Assembly (NCBI GenBank): GCA_040757115.1
Contig: JBFLYA010000003.1
Span: 1-58,260, forward strand
Direction of reading: 5' to 3'
DNA from: a bacterium
Lineage (GTDB): Bacteria; UBA9089; CG2-30-40-21; SBAY01
DNA: 58,260 nt
Shown: in pieces, positions 28,163 to 36,958 of the stretch
How positions within the stretch are numbered: position 1 is the first letter of the stretch
Layout: each line of letters begins with the position of its first letter
Program-made: the position numbers and the translations under genes
The notes under the pieces: model-generated
Told to the model about the DNA's origin: nothing
What the model saw: the letters and a program-made list of their open reading frames with translations, nothing else
Databases searched by the model: none

Positions 28163-29251
28163 ATGTTAAGTAAAGAGAAAGGTTTTGTTCTTCAGGGATT
28201 GGACCATTTTTCAAAACAAGAAATTAAAGAGTTTTGGGAAGGATGGGAGCCTAAAAATGATAAGCCAAAAATTTTAGGTGTTGGATTAAGTTGTACCTTC
28301 AGATGTAATCTTAAGTGTGTATACTGCTATGCAGGAGATAAGGAACCACTTCCAGACGAATTGACATTAGAGGAACAAAAATCTATTATAACACAAGCTA
28401 AAAAATTAGGGGCAGAGACAGTAATAATTTGTGGAGATGCAGAGCCCTTAATGGATAAAAATCTTCTTGGAATAGTAGAACATGGGTATAGGAATGAAAT
28501 AACTTGTGTGGTTGTCTCCAATGGAATTTCACTTGGTGATGATAAATTGGCTATGAATATTCATGGGATGAAGAGTAAAGAAGTAGCTTCTACTCTTTAT
28601 AACCTTGGTTCTTCCTTGGTAATAAAAATGGAGTCCATTACTTCAGAATTGTACAATCAGATTGTAGGAGTGAAAGATGCATACCGTAAATTTATGCAGG
28701 CAGTAAATAATATAATGGAAGTAGGGTTTGGAAACGGTATAGAAAGAGAGAGTGATATTTTAACCAGAGTGTGTTTTAGTTCGGTAGTAATGGTAAACAA
28801 TATAGATGAATTGCCTGCCATGAAAGAATTTGCTAATCAAAGAAATGCTCAATATATATGCAAGTTACCGTCGTTGGTTGGACGAGCATTAGAGAACTTG
28901 GAAATGATGTTTCCAGTAAGCCGCTATGAAGAAATCAGGAGACACCTAAGCAAATTTACTGCAAAAAGAGAAACCTTGATGGTAGATACCCCTCGGTGTA
29001 TGGCTTGGCATTATGGACCGGTTATAGATATAAGAGGAGAAATAAGAGAGTGTTATACTTCTCCTTGCAATCATCAAAATAGAATAGGAAATATTAGGGA
29101 AAAATCTCTTGAGGAGTTATTAAAGAGGCGAAATACAATTTATGACATAACAATTAATGACTTTTGTCCTGTCAAAACGCGAATAAATAGGGAACTTGAA
29201 GCTAAAGGATTACATAGGATTTGGGATGTTGAATCTAAGGATCGTCTTTAA
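28163..29251 (+). CDS. Radical SAM protein with SPASM/twitch-like C-terminus
   Basis: CNLKCVYC, GDAEPL, SNG, then C...GEIREC...IGNIREKSL. Confidence 0.88.
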   Translation: MLSKEKGFVLQGLDHFSKQEIKEFWEGWEPKNDKPKILGVGLSCTFRCNLKCVYCYAGDKEPLPDELTLEEQKSIITQAKKLGAETVIICGDAEPLMDKNLLGIVEHGYRNEITCVVVSNGISLGDDKLAMNIHGMKSKEVASTLYNLGSSLVIKMESITSELYNQIVGVKDAYRKFMQAVNNIMEVGFGNGIERESDILTRVCFSSVVMVNNIDELPAMKEFANQRNAQYICKLPSLVGRALENLEMMFPVSRYEEIRRHLSKFTAKRETLMVDTPRCMAWHYGPVIDIRGEIRECYTSPCNHQNRIGNIREKSLEELLKRRNTIYDITINDFCPVKTRINRELEAKGLHRIWDVESKDRL

Positions 29252-29292
29252 TGAAGGTGATTATTTACCTCTAAAGGGAGTAAATTAAAAAG

Positions 29293-29958
29293 ATGAAAAA
29301 GGTTGGATTGTTATTATCAGGTTGTGGTGTTTTGGATGGCACAGAAATACATGAAACTGTTATAACTATATTAGCCTTACAAAGTAGAGAGTGTGTGGAG
29401 GTGAAATTTTTGGCTCCTAATATAGAACAATCTGTAGTTATGAACCATAGAAATAACAATCCATTACTCCAAGAACGAAGAAATGTTCTTATCGAATCAG
29501 CGAGAATTGCAAGAGGAGATATAAAAGATATGAAGGAACTAAACATTAAAGAAATTGATGGATTAATCATTCCGGGAGGAGCAGGAGTTATATTAAATCT
29601 TTGCACATTTGCTAATGATGGAATTAAGTGTAGAGTTAATCCAGATGTAGAAGGTTTAATTGTTCAATGTCTTGAGGCAAAAAAGCCAATAGGAGTACTT
29701 TGTATCGCCCCAGTTTTAATAGCAAAGATCCTTTCTCAAAATAATAAAAGGGCGAATTTAACAATTGGAAAAGACCCCAAAATAGCAGAGGCGATTAAAA
29801 AATTAGGTTCAACCCATATTCTTTGCGAGACAACTGATATTGTGTTTGATAAAGAAAATAATATTCTTTCTACACCCGCGTATATGTTAGGAAAGGATAT
29901 TCATGAGGTTTCCAAAGGAATTACAAAGCTCATCAATAAACTTTTAGAATTATTATAG
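29293..29958 (+). CDS. elbB: ElbB-like glyoxalase (DJ-1/PfpI family)
   Basis: LLSGCGVLDGTEIHE, RNVLIESARIARG, IIPGG, LCIAP, STPAYM. Confidence 0.88.
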   Translation: MKKVGLLLSGCGVLDGTEIHETVITILALQSRECVEVKFLAPNIEQSVVMNHRNNNPLLQERRNVLIESARIARGDIKDMKELNIKEIDGLIIPGGAGVILNLCTFANDGIKCRVNPDVEGLIVQCLEAKKPIGVLCIAPVLIAKILSQNNKRANLTIGKDPKIAEAIKKLGSTHILCETTDIVFDKENNILSTPAYMLGKDIHEVSKGITKLINKLLELL

Positions 29959-29969
29959 AGGATGAAAAA

Positions 29970-30599
29970 ATGGATACAATTATAGTTGAAAGATCATTTC
30001 ACTCTTTAGAAAAGATTATAGATGTTTTAGAAAGGGGAGGGGTAGTTATTCTTCCTTCTGAAAATGTCTATGGTTTTGCTGTTAAGGCCTTGTCCAAAGA
30101 GGCAGTAGATAGAGTATATGAACTTAAAGGGAGAGAGAAAAATAAACCTTTAGTATATTTTACATCTAAAAGAAAAGCAGAAGAATATGGTATCATAGAC
30201 GATAATGCAAAGAAAATAATAGACTTGTGGCCTGAAGGAGTAGGGATTATCGTTCCTAAAAAGGATAATGTACCTTCCTATGTAACTGCTGGTAAAGACT
30301 CAATTATGCTGGTTTGCGTAGATGAGTTTTTAGAATCATTAGCCGATAAAGCGAGTTTTCCAATTGCTGGAACTTCTGCAAACAAATCTGGTGAAAAAGA
30401 GAATATCAAATTTGATTCAGTGGACAAGATGTTTAATGGAAGGGTTTCGATGATAGTAAAAGGTGGTAAATGTAAAAGAGGACAGAGTGGTACTATCATT
30501 AATTTATCTGTAAAACCACCTACAGTACTTAGAGAAGGTCCATTTTCTACAGAGCGAATTAGAGAATTAATACCAAATATACTTGTAAGCCTTTTATAA
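29970..30599 (+). CDS. Sua5/YrdC-family (threonylcarbamoyl-AMP synthase-like) protein
   Basis: VILPSENVYG, LKGR...KPL, TSANKSG, GTII, LREG; divergent at PTET and in the middle. Confidence 0.82.
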   Translation: MDTIIVERSFHSLEKIIDVLERGGVVILPSENVYGFAVKALSKEAVDRVYELKGREKNKPLVYFTSKRKAEEYGIIDDNAKKIIDLWPEGVGIIVPKKDNVPSYVTAGKDSIMLVCVDEFLESLADKASFPIAGTSANKSGEKENIKFDSVDKMFNGRVSMIVKGGKCKRGQSGTIINLSVKPPTVLREGPFSTERIRELIPNILVSLL

Positions 30600-30632
30600 A
30601 CAGTAATCTTAATGAAAAATAAGGGTGGTAAC

Positions 30633-31364
30633 ATGTTACTTAATAATAGAAAAAATGCAAGGTTGTTTTGTTTTTTTATTTGTTTGATTATCTTTACATT
30701 TATATATCCGTTATTAAGCATAGGGGAAAATCTACCACCTAAGAATATTCATAATGTTAGGCTACAATTTCGAAAAGATATTAATGGCAATAGAATTAAT
30801 AATGAAAATAATTTTCAGGTAACTTATTTTTCAAATCTATCCCATAATTTTTTTCTCTTTGCAAATACAGAGGTTATCTATGAAGGAACAGAATATTATT
30901 CGTCCAATTCTGAGTTAAATATAAGCAGACCATTTTCCCCTTATTCTGAGTGGGGAAAAAGCCTTAGCTGGATAACTCGCCTCCAAATGGAAACTCATAA
31001 ACGCCTCTTACTAAGTTTTGGAACTCAATGGTATATTACAGATATACCATTTTTTATCAATGCCGCTAAAAAATATAAAGTAAAAGTATTTTTGCAAGTT
31101 TTCCCAATTAAATCTCATAATGAAGAAGGTACGGTTGATGTTTATCTTTATTATCAATTACCTTTGAGAGATCAGTTTGCCTACATACGGGGATATGGTC
31201 GCTATTTTTCTAAAAATAAAGAGGGTGACGATTATAAATTACTCGTCCATGATATTATCTTTCCTATTAACAATACTTGGGATGTTTATGGGAGATATTC
31301 TTATTATAATAGATTGAGAAATAATGGAGTAGGGTTGGGAATCCGATATTTATTGAGGTTTTAA
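30633..31364 (+). CDS. Hypothetical exported protein, probable outer-membrane beta-barrel
   Basis: Signal-like N-terminus; aromatic alternating strands; C-terminal GLGIRYLLRF. Confidence 0.6.
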   Translation: MLLNNRKNARLFCFFICLIIFTFIYPLLSIGENLPPKNIHNVRLQFRKDINGNRINNENNFQVTYFSNLSHNFFLFANTEVIYEGTEYYSSNSELNISRPFSPYSEWGKSLSWITRLQMETHKRLLLSFGTQWYITDIPFFINAAKKYKVKVFLQVFPIKSHNEEGTVDVYLYYQLPLRDQFAYIRGYGRYFSKNKEGDDYKLLVHDIIFPINNTWDVYGRYSYYNRLRNNGVGLGIRYLLRF

Positions 31365-31401
31365 GAAAATATCTTGCTAATATTAGAGGAGTGTTAGGAG
31401 T

Positions 31402-32565
31402 ATGATAAATCCGTTCTGGCTTTTATTATTTTTAACAGTAGTAATTAATATGGGTGTTGGTCTTATTATCCCTGTTATGCCAATATTTTTAAAAGAATTC
31501 GGGTTCTCAACAGGACATTTGTCTGTTGCCTTTTTTGCCTTGGTTTTTGCACGTTTTATAGCACAAAATGTTGGAGGACGATTAATATTGAAATTTGGAT
31601 ATTATAAGGTGTTAGGTATTTCTTTCTGCCTTTATGTAATAACGATGGGGTTATATCCTTTTGTTTTTACAAAGGACATCTTTATCTGTTTTCGGTTTTT
31701 AGAAGGAATATTTGAAGGATTTGCTGTAGTCTGCTTAACAGACTTATCAATTGAGCTCTCGAATAATAAAGACCGTGCTAAAAAGATGGGATATTTTAGT
31801 GCTGCCTTTGGGCTTGGATTCATTTTGGGTCCCAGTATAGGAGGTCTAATGTTTCAGGGTTACGGAAAGTACGGTATGTTTTGGTCAGCAGGCTTATTAG
31901 GTGCTATTGGCTTAATCGGTCTACTTATCGCCCATAAGGCTTTAAATTTAAAACATGAAGAAAAAACGACTTCAAGAAATTTCTTTGTGAATTTCAATAA
32001 AGAATCACTTTCATTGTTGCCATTTTATGGACCATATATCCTTAGAAGGGTATTATTCTTTTCGTTGCAATTACTTTTACCTTTATATCTTCATGAATAT
32101 TTCCATGTATCTCCTGGAAAGGTAGGTATCTATTTTTCTATCTCTGCTATTTTAACTACCGCATTAATGCCTTTTACAGGTCGTGTAGCGGATATCTTTT
32201 CTTGCAAAAAAATTATCATTATGTGTTTATTAATCATGGGAGGTTCAATAGCCTCTTTTGGATTTATGCCTAAACAGTCCTTCTTTCTCACAGTATTTAT
32301 TTTAGAAACCCTTGCATTTGCTTTTATGTTGCCTACGGGTATGAAAATCTTTGGAGATGTAATTTCTTCTAATTCTAACAGAGGGCAAATATTGGGATTC
32401 TTTGGAAGTCTGACGGATATTTGTACTATTATAATACCGTTTATAATACTTCCTCTTTATGACATAATGGCTAAATTACCCTGGATATTCTTAGGAGGAC
32501 TATGTGTTTTGGCAAGTATCCCGTTTTGGAAAGTCCCAGTTTTAAATTATGCTAATAATAATTAA
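31402..32565 (+). CDS. MFS transporter (drug/metabolite efflux type)
   Basis: About 12 TM helices; RFLEG, GLGFILGPSIGG (motif C), GRVADIFS. Confidence 0.9.
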   Translation: MINPFWLLLFLTVVINMGVGLIIPVMPIFLKEFGFSTGHLSVAFFALVFARFIAQNVGGRLILKFGYYKVLGISFCLYVITMGLYPFVFTKDIFICFRFLEGIFEGFAVVCLTDLSIELSNNKDRAKKMGYFSAAFGLGFILGPSIGGLMFQGYGKYGMFWSAGLLGAIGLIGLLIAHKALNLKHEEKTTSRNFFVNFNKESLSLLPFYGPYILRRVLFFSLQLLLPLYLHEYFHVSPGKVGIYFSISAILTTALMPFTGRVADIFSCKKIIIMCLLIMGGSIASFGFMPKQSFFLTVFILETLAFAFMLPTGMKIFGDVISSNSNRGQILGFFGSLTDICTIIIPFIILPLYDIMAKLPWIFLGGLCVLASIPFWKVPVLNYANNN

Positions 32566-32584
32566 GTTGATGGAGAAAAAGAAG

Positions 32585-33517
32585 ATGGAAAGAACAATAA
32601 AAAATGTGAATTTCCTTCTGGGTTGCTTTATTTTGATCACCATTTTTTTAGGTTGTTCAAATATGTCTGAAAGAAAACCCCTTGGTTCAAAATCAAATCC
32701 CATAAAATTTTATTTTACTCCATCTGGAGATGCTGAGAATATTTCACAAAATTCTATAGAGTTTGTTAAATTCTTAGAGGAGGAAACAGGATATTTTTTT
32801 AAAACCGCAGTCCCTATAAGTTATATTGCTGTAGTAGAAGCTTTCGGTACAAAAAAATGTGATATTGCCATTATTAATAGTTTTGGTTATTTGTTAGCAC
32901 ATCAACGATATGGGGTGGAAGCTTTATTAAGAATTATAAGATATGGAGAAAGTGTTTACCGTGGCCAAATTATTGCTCATGTAAATAGTGGAATTAATAA
33001 AATCAAAGATATTCATGGTAAAAAGTTTGCTTTCGTGGACCCATCTTCAACTTCTGGATACCTCTTGCCCTTAAAAATATTTAAGGAAAATCATATTCAA
33101 CCTAAGGAGACAGTATTCGCAATGAAACATGATAATGTTGTAACCATGATTTACCAGCGGCAAGTAGATGCCGGCGCTACTTTTTATAGCCCACCAACTA
33201 AAAATGGGAAGATTCGAGATGCCAGGGCACGAGTTATGACTCAATTCCCAGATGTGGCTGAAAAGATAAAAATTATTAAGATTACAGACCCTATCTCAAA
33301 TGATCCTATAGCCTTCCGAAGGGATTTACCAGAGAATATGAAACACAAGATTATCAAAGCAATATTAAAATTCATGGAAACAGAAACAGGTAAAAAAACT
33401 CTTTATAACATTTACTCAGTCGATGGTTTTATTCCAACCACAGATAAAGATTATGAAAGTCTTCGTAATTTATTAGACACTATTGGAAAGGGTGCGGAGG
33501 AATTTATTGAAAAATGA
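32585..33517 (+). CDS. phnD: Phosphate/phosphite/phosphonate ABC transporter substrate-binding lipoprotein
   Basis: Lipobox FLGC; YIAVVEA, FAFVDPSSTSGYLLP, HDNV, DKDYESLR. Confidence 0.88.
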   Translation: MERTIKNVNFLLGCFILITIFLGCSNMSERKPLGSKSNPIKFYFTPSGDAENISQNSIEFVKFLEEETGYFFKTAVPISYIAVVEAFGTKKCDIAIINSFGYLLAHQRYGVEALLRIIRYGESVYRGQIIAHVNSGINKIKDIHGKKFAFVDPSSTSGYLLPLKIFKENHIQPKETVFAMKHDNVVTMIYQRQVDAGATFYSPPTKNGKIRDARARVMTQFPDVAEKIKIIKITDPISNDPIAFRRDLPENMKHKIIKAILKFMETETGKKTLYNIYSVDGFIPTTDKDYESLRNLLDTIGKGAEEFIEK

Positions 33518-34265
33518 TAATATTTTAAAAGTAATAGATTTGCATAAAACTTATTCAAATGGAATACACGCACTTAAAGGAATAAGTTTTGAGGTAAAAA
33601 AAGGTGAATTCTTAGCTATTATAGGATTGAGTGGTTCAGGAAAATCTACACTTCTTAGATGTTTAAATCGAATTCATGAACCGACAGAAGGCAAAATTAT
33701 CTTTGATGACAAAGAGATTACTCAATTTAAAGGACAAGCACTTCGTAAGGTGCGGAGAGAGATGGGGATGATTTTTCAAGACTTCAATCTTATTGAAAGA
33801 TATTCTGTCATGACTAATGTTTTAATGGGCTATCTTGGATTTACCCAATCTTTCAAGAGTATTTTAGGAATGTGGACACCAGAAGTAAAAAAAAGAGTAA
33901 TTGAAAAATTAAAAATATTTGGTCTTGATGATAAAATTAACGATAGAGTAGATTCTCTCAGTGGAGGACAACAGCAACGAGTAGCGATAGCAAGAGCACT
34001 TATGCAAGAACCAAAGTTACTCTTAGCTGATGAACCAGTTGCCAGTTTAGACCCTGCTACATCTATCAATATTTTAGAATATATAGGAAAAATTAATAGG
34101 GAATACGGTATAACTGTTATTTGTAATATCCATTCTTTGGATCTCGTAAAATCTTATGCTTCCCGAATGATTGCTCTTAGAAAAGGTAGAATTATCTTTG
34201 AAGGGCAATCACCATTAGAAGTTGATAAGAAATGGTTTGAGGCAATTTATGGAGATAGTGGTTAA
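33507..34265 (+). CDS. phnC: Phosphonate ABC transporter ATP-binding protein
   Basis: GLSGSGKST, LSGGQQQRVAIARAL, LADEPVASLDP; TTG start with GGAGG RBS. Confidence 0.9.
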   Translation: MKNDNILKVIDLHKTYSNGIHALKGISFEVKKGEFLAIIGLSGSGKSTLLRCLNRIHEPTEGKIIFDDKEITQFKGQALRKVRREMGMIFQDFNLIERYSVMTNVLMGYLGFTQSFKSILGMWTPEVKKRVIEKLKIFGLDDKINDRVDSLSGGQQQRVAIARALMQEPKLLLADEPVASLDPATSINILEYIGKINREYGITVICNIHSLDLVKSYASRMIALRKGRIIFEGQSPLEVDKKWFEAIYGDSG

Positions 34266-34272
34266 AATTTAG

Positions 34273-35319
34273 ATGGTCAACGACAACACAGGAACAAAAA
34301 AATTAAAAAAAGAATATCTTAAAGCATTCCTTCTGGACTTTTTTTTGGTAACATATGGTATAATAATCAGTTATAGAATAATTTATATTAAACTAATAAA
34401 AGGGGTTCGGTTTCCCTCATTTCCAGAGGAGAATATAGTCTATTGTTGTGCTATTGGTATCTTATTAGCAGTGATGTGGTCTTTGACAAAGAATTCGTTA
34501 GGCAATAAGATTTGTGGTCTTATAAAAAATGGACAACAAGGAATATTTAGAAATTCTTGGAAATTTTTTGCCGGGTTTCTTATCATTTTAACATTTATTG
34601 CAGGGTGGGAGATTACTCAAATTTCGGTTTCTGATTTATTTAATTTTGATGGACTTCAAGGAGCTAAAAGGATCTTCCATGCACTTTTTCAACCTAATAC
34701 ATCCATCTTTGATCAAGTATTATTTGCAATAATTGAGACAATTTATATAGCCTTAATGTCAACATGTTTTGCCATCCCCATTGCTTTCATCTTAAGTTTT
34801 TTGGGTGCAAGGAACTTGATGAAGCAAAATAAGGTTACTTTCACTATCTATTGTCTAGTGCGAATTGTACTCAATTTTTGTCGTTCGATTGAACCTCTTA
34901 TTTGGGCAATTATATTCTCAGTCTGGGTGGGAATTGGACCTTTTGCTGGTATGCTTGCCCTTATGCTTCATTCTATTACTGCACTTGGAAAACTTTATTC
35001 TGAACAAATAGAAAGTGTTAGTGAAAGACTTATTGAAGCTATCACAGCCACAGGCGCTTCGTTTATACAAGTTATATGGTTTGCAGTTGTCCCTCAAATT
35101 ATTTTACCATTTTTATCATTTACTATCTACCGATGGGATATCAATGTAAGAATGGCAACTATCATTGGATTTGTGGGAGGAGGAGGTATTGGGACCTTAC
35201 TTATTCAGTATCAGGGACTGGCTAAATGGAATGAAGTGGGATTAATCATCATTATGATTGCAATTGTTGTATGGATATTGGATTATATTAGTGCAAAAAT
35301 TCGTGAGGCTATATATTAA
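34273..35319 (+). CDS. phnE: Phosphonate ABC transporter permease
   Basis: GPFAGMLAL, GKLYSEQIE, YRWDINVRMATIIGFVGGGGIG. Confidence 0.9.
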   Translation: MVNDNTGTKKLKKEYLKAFLLDFFLVTYGIIISYRIIYIKLIKGVRFPSFPEENIVYCCAIGILLAVMWSLTKNSLGNKICGLIKNGQQGIFRNSWKFFAGFLIILTFIAGWEITQISVSDLFNFDGLQGAKRIFHALFQPNTSIFDQVLFAIIETIYIALMSTCFAIPIAFILSFLGARNLMKQNKVTFTIYCLVRIVLNFCRSIEPLIWAIIFSVWVGIGPFAGMLALMLHSITALGKLYSEQIESVSERLIEAITATGASFIQVIWFAVVPQIILPFLSFTIYRWDINVRMATIIGFVGGGGIGTLLIQYQGLAKWNEVGLIIIMIAIVVWILDYISAKIREAIY

Positions 35320-35356
35320 AATATTTCAGAAAGATAATCAAGGGTAATTTTTTATC

Positions 35357-35385
35357 TTGACTTTCAAGTAACATTAGTGTATCTT
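35357..35385 (+). promoter_or_regulatory. Putative sigma-70 promoter
   Basis: TTGACT-17 bp-TATCTT upstream of ATG 35419. Confidence 0.5.
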
Positions 35386-35418
35386 AATAGAAGCATGAAT
35401 GTTAAAAGGAGAAAGGAT

Positions 35419-36192
35419 ATGTCAAACACAACTAAGGAGGCAGTTAAATCCCAATTCTCTAAACAAGCAGAGTTTTACTCAAGAAGTACCTCTCATTCTG
35501 AAGGGGAATCTTTAGAATTAATGGTAACGTGGGCTGAGCCAAAAACTACAGATATTGTTCTTGACATAGCTACAGGGACAGGTTTTACTGCTTTTGCCTT
35601 TAGTCCTCATGTCACAAAAGTAGTAGCTACTGATATGACTCAAGCGATGCTTGAGCAAGCAGAGAAACTCTCAAAAGAAAGGAATCTTTCAAATATTGAA
35701 TTTAAACTTGCAGAAGCAGAATCTCTTCCTTTTGGTGATAACGAATTTGATATTGTCACCTGTCGAATTGCACCTCATCACTTCTCTTCGATTGAAAAAT
35801 TCTTATCTGAAGCCAAAAGAGTAGTAAAATCTACTGGTCGAATATTAATCGCAGATACTACCTGTCCTGAAAACCTTCAAGTAGCAAAATGGCAAAATGA
35901 GGTTGAGAAACTTAGAGACCCCTCTCATGTTTATAATTACTCACTTTCAAGTTGGAATGAAATGATTGGAAAAAGTGAATTAAAGTTGGAAAAATCTACT
36001 ATAATTTTGTCTCCAATAATGTCTTTCTCAGATTGGGTAGAAAGATCAGGAAGTAATAAAAATGTCATTTTGGAACTTCGCAAGAAATTTTTAGAAGCCC
36101 CTTCTAATGTGAAGGAAATCTTTGGAATTAAAGAGGAAAATGGAGAAATCTTTTTCTACTGGAAAATAATAGTATTAAAAGCAATTAAGTAA
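35419..36192 (+). CDS. Class I SAM-dependent methyltransferase (UbiE/YcgJ-like)
   Basis: VLDIATGTG, AESLPFGDNEFDIVTCRIAPHHF, LRDPSHV. Confidence 0.9.
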   Translation: MSNTTKEAVKSQFSKQAEFYSRSTSHSEGESLELMVTWAEPKTTDIVLDIATGTGFTAFAFSPHVTKVVATDMTQAMLEQAEKLSKERNLSNIEFKLAEAESLPFGDNEFDIVTCRIAPHHFSSIEKFLSEAKRVVKSTGRILIADTTCPENLQVAKWQNEVEKLRDPSHVYNYSLSSWNEMIGKSELKLEKSTIILSPIMSFSDWVERSGSNKNVILELRKKFLEAPSNVKEIFGIKEENGEIFFYWKIIVLKAIK

Positions 36193-36243
36193 TTAAAGGT
36201 GAATGCGCTCTTGCCTGATAGGAATTTGATAATATGTAAAGAA

Positions 36244-36437
36244 GGTGTCCCGTCTATAGGACAATAAGATTCTTACCTGCATCGATATTGAAACAAGACA
36301 GATGGATCTGATTAATGCTATCCAAAGTGTTTCCGGGACGAAAACACTCGTAGTAGAAGAATCACCTTTAGCCCATTGGATAAGGAGAATCTTAAAACCT
36401 TATGTGAACAAACTTATTGTCGCAGAACCAAACTGAT
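36244..36437 (+). pseudogene. IS110-family transposase fragment
   Basis: DNKILTCIDIETRQMDLINAIQSVSGTKTLVVEESPLAHWIRRILKPYVNKLIVAEPN*; overlaps in homology with 1793-1864. Confidence 0.55.
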
Positions 36438-36796
36438 GAAGGTATTCGAGGAGAGTCTCACAAAAAGTATGGCCATTAAATGCCCAGAATTTGATTAGTC
36501 CTCCTTGTAAAATATACCCAAAATTAGATTAGCCCTGGAGGCTCAGATAGATGCATGGTATTTCTCATCTAATAAATATCAGTTGCGATTTTGAGAATTT
36601 TTAAAAAAGTATCTATGAGGTTTATTGCTAATCCCCATATCTCCTTTTCGGACACTATTTCAACCTTTATGCTAGATTAAGACACCACCAAATATTTCAA
36701 TAGTCATAAGATTCAAGCAGTGGGATTAGAAGAGGCAGGTCTAACATAAAAACCTGCCTCTCCCAACAATAAAGGGGTGAGAAAAAGGACATATTT

Positions 36797-36952
36797 GGGG
36801 GGACGGTTCACTTTTGTTTGAAATCTTGCGGTTAAAAGATGGAGTTGAAATTGGAAATTAGAAATTAGAAATTGGAGAGCGAACTGAAGACCTAATTTCC
36901 AATTTCCAATTTCTGCAAGAAATCATAGGAAACGATAAAATGAACCGTCCCC
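36797..36952. mobile_element. 156-bp MITE (filled site; empty in the duplicate at ~16867)
   Basis: TIR GGGGACGGTTCA(c)TTTT / AAAATGAACCGTCCCC flanked by ATATTT on both sides; internal GAAATTR heptamer palindrome. Confidence 0.88.
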
Positions 36953-36958
36953 ATATTT

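Noticed and set aside
29970-30599. Housekeeping tsaC
   Set aside because: Divergent motifs and mid-cluster location; cannot be assigned without the rest of the genome.
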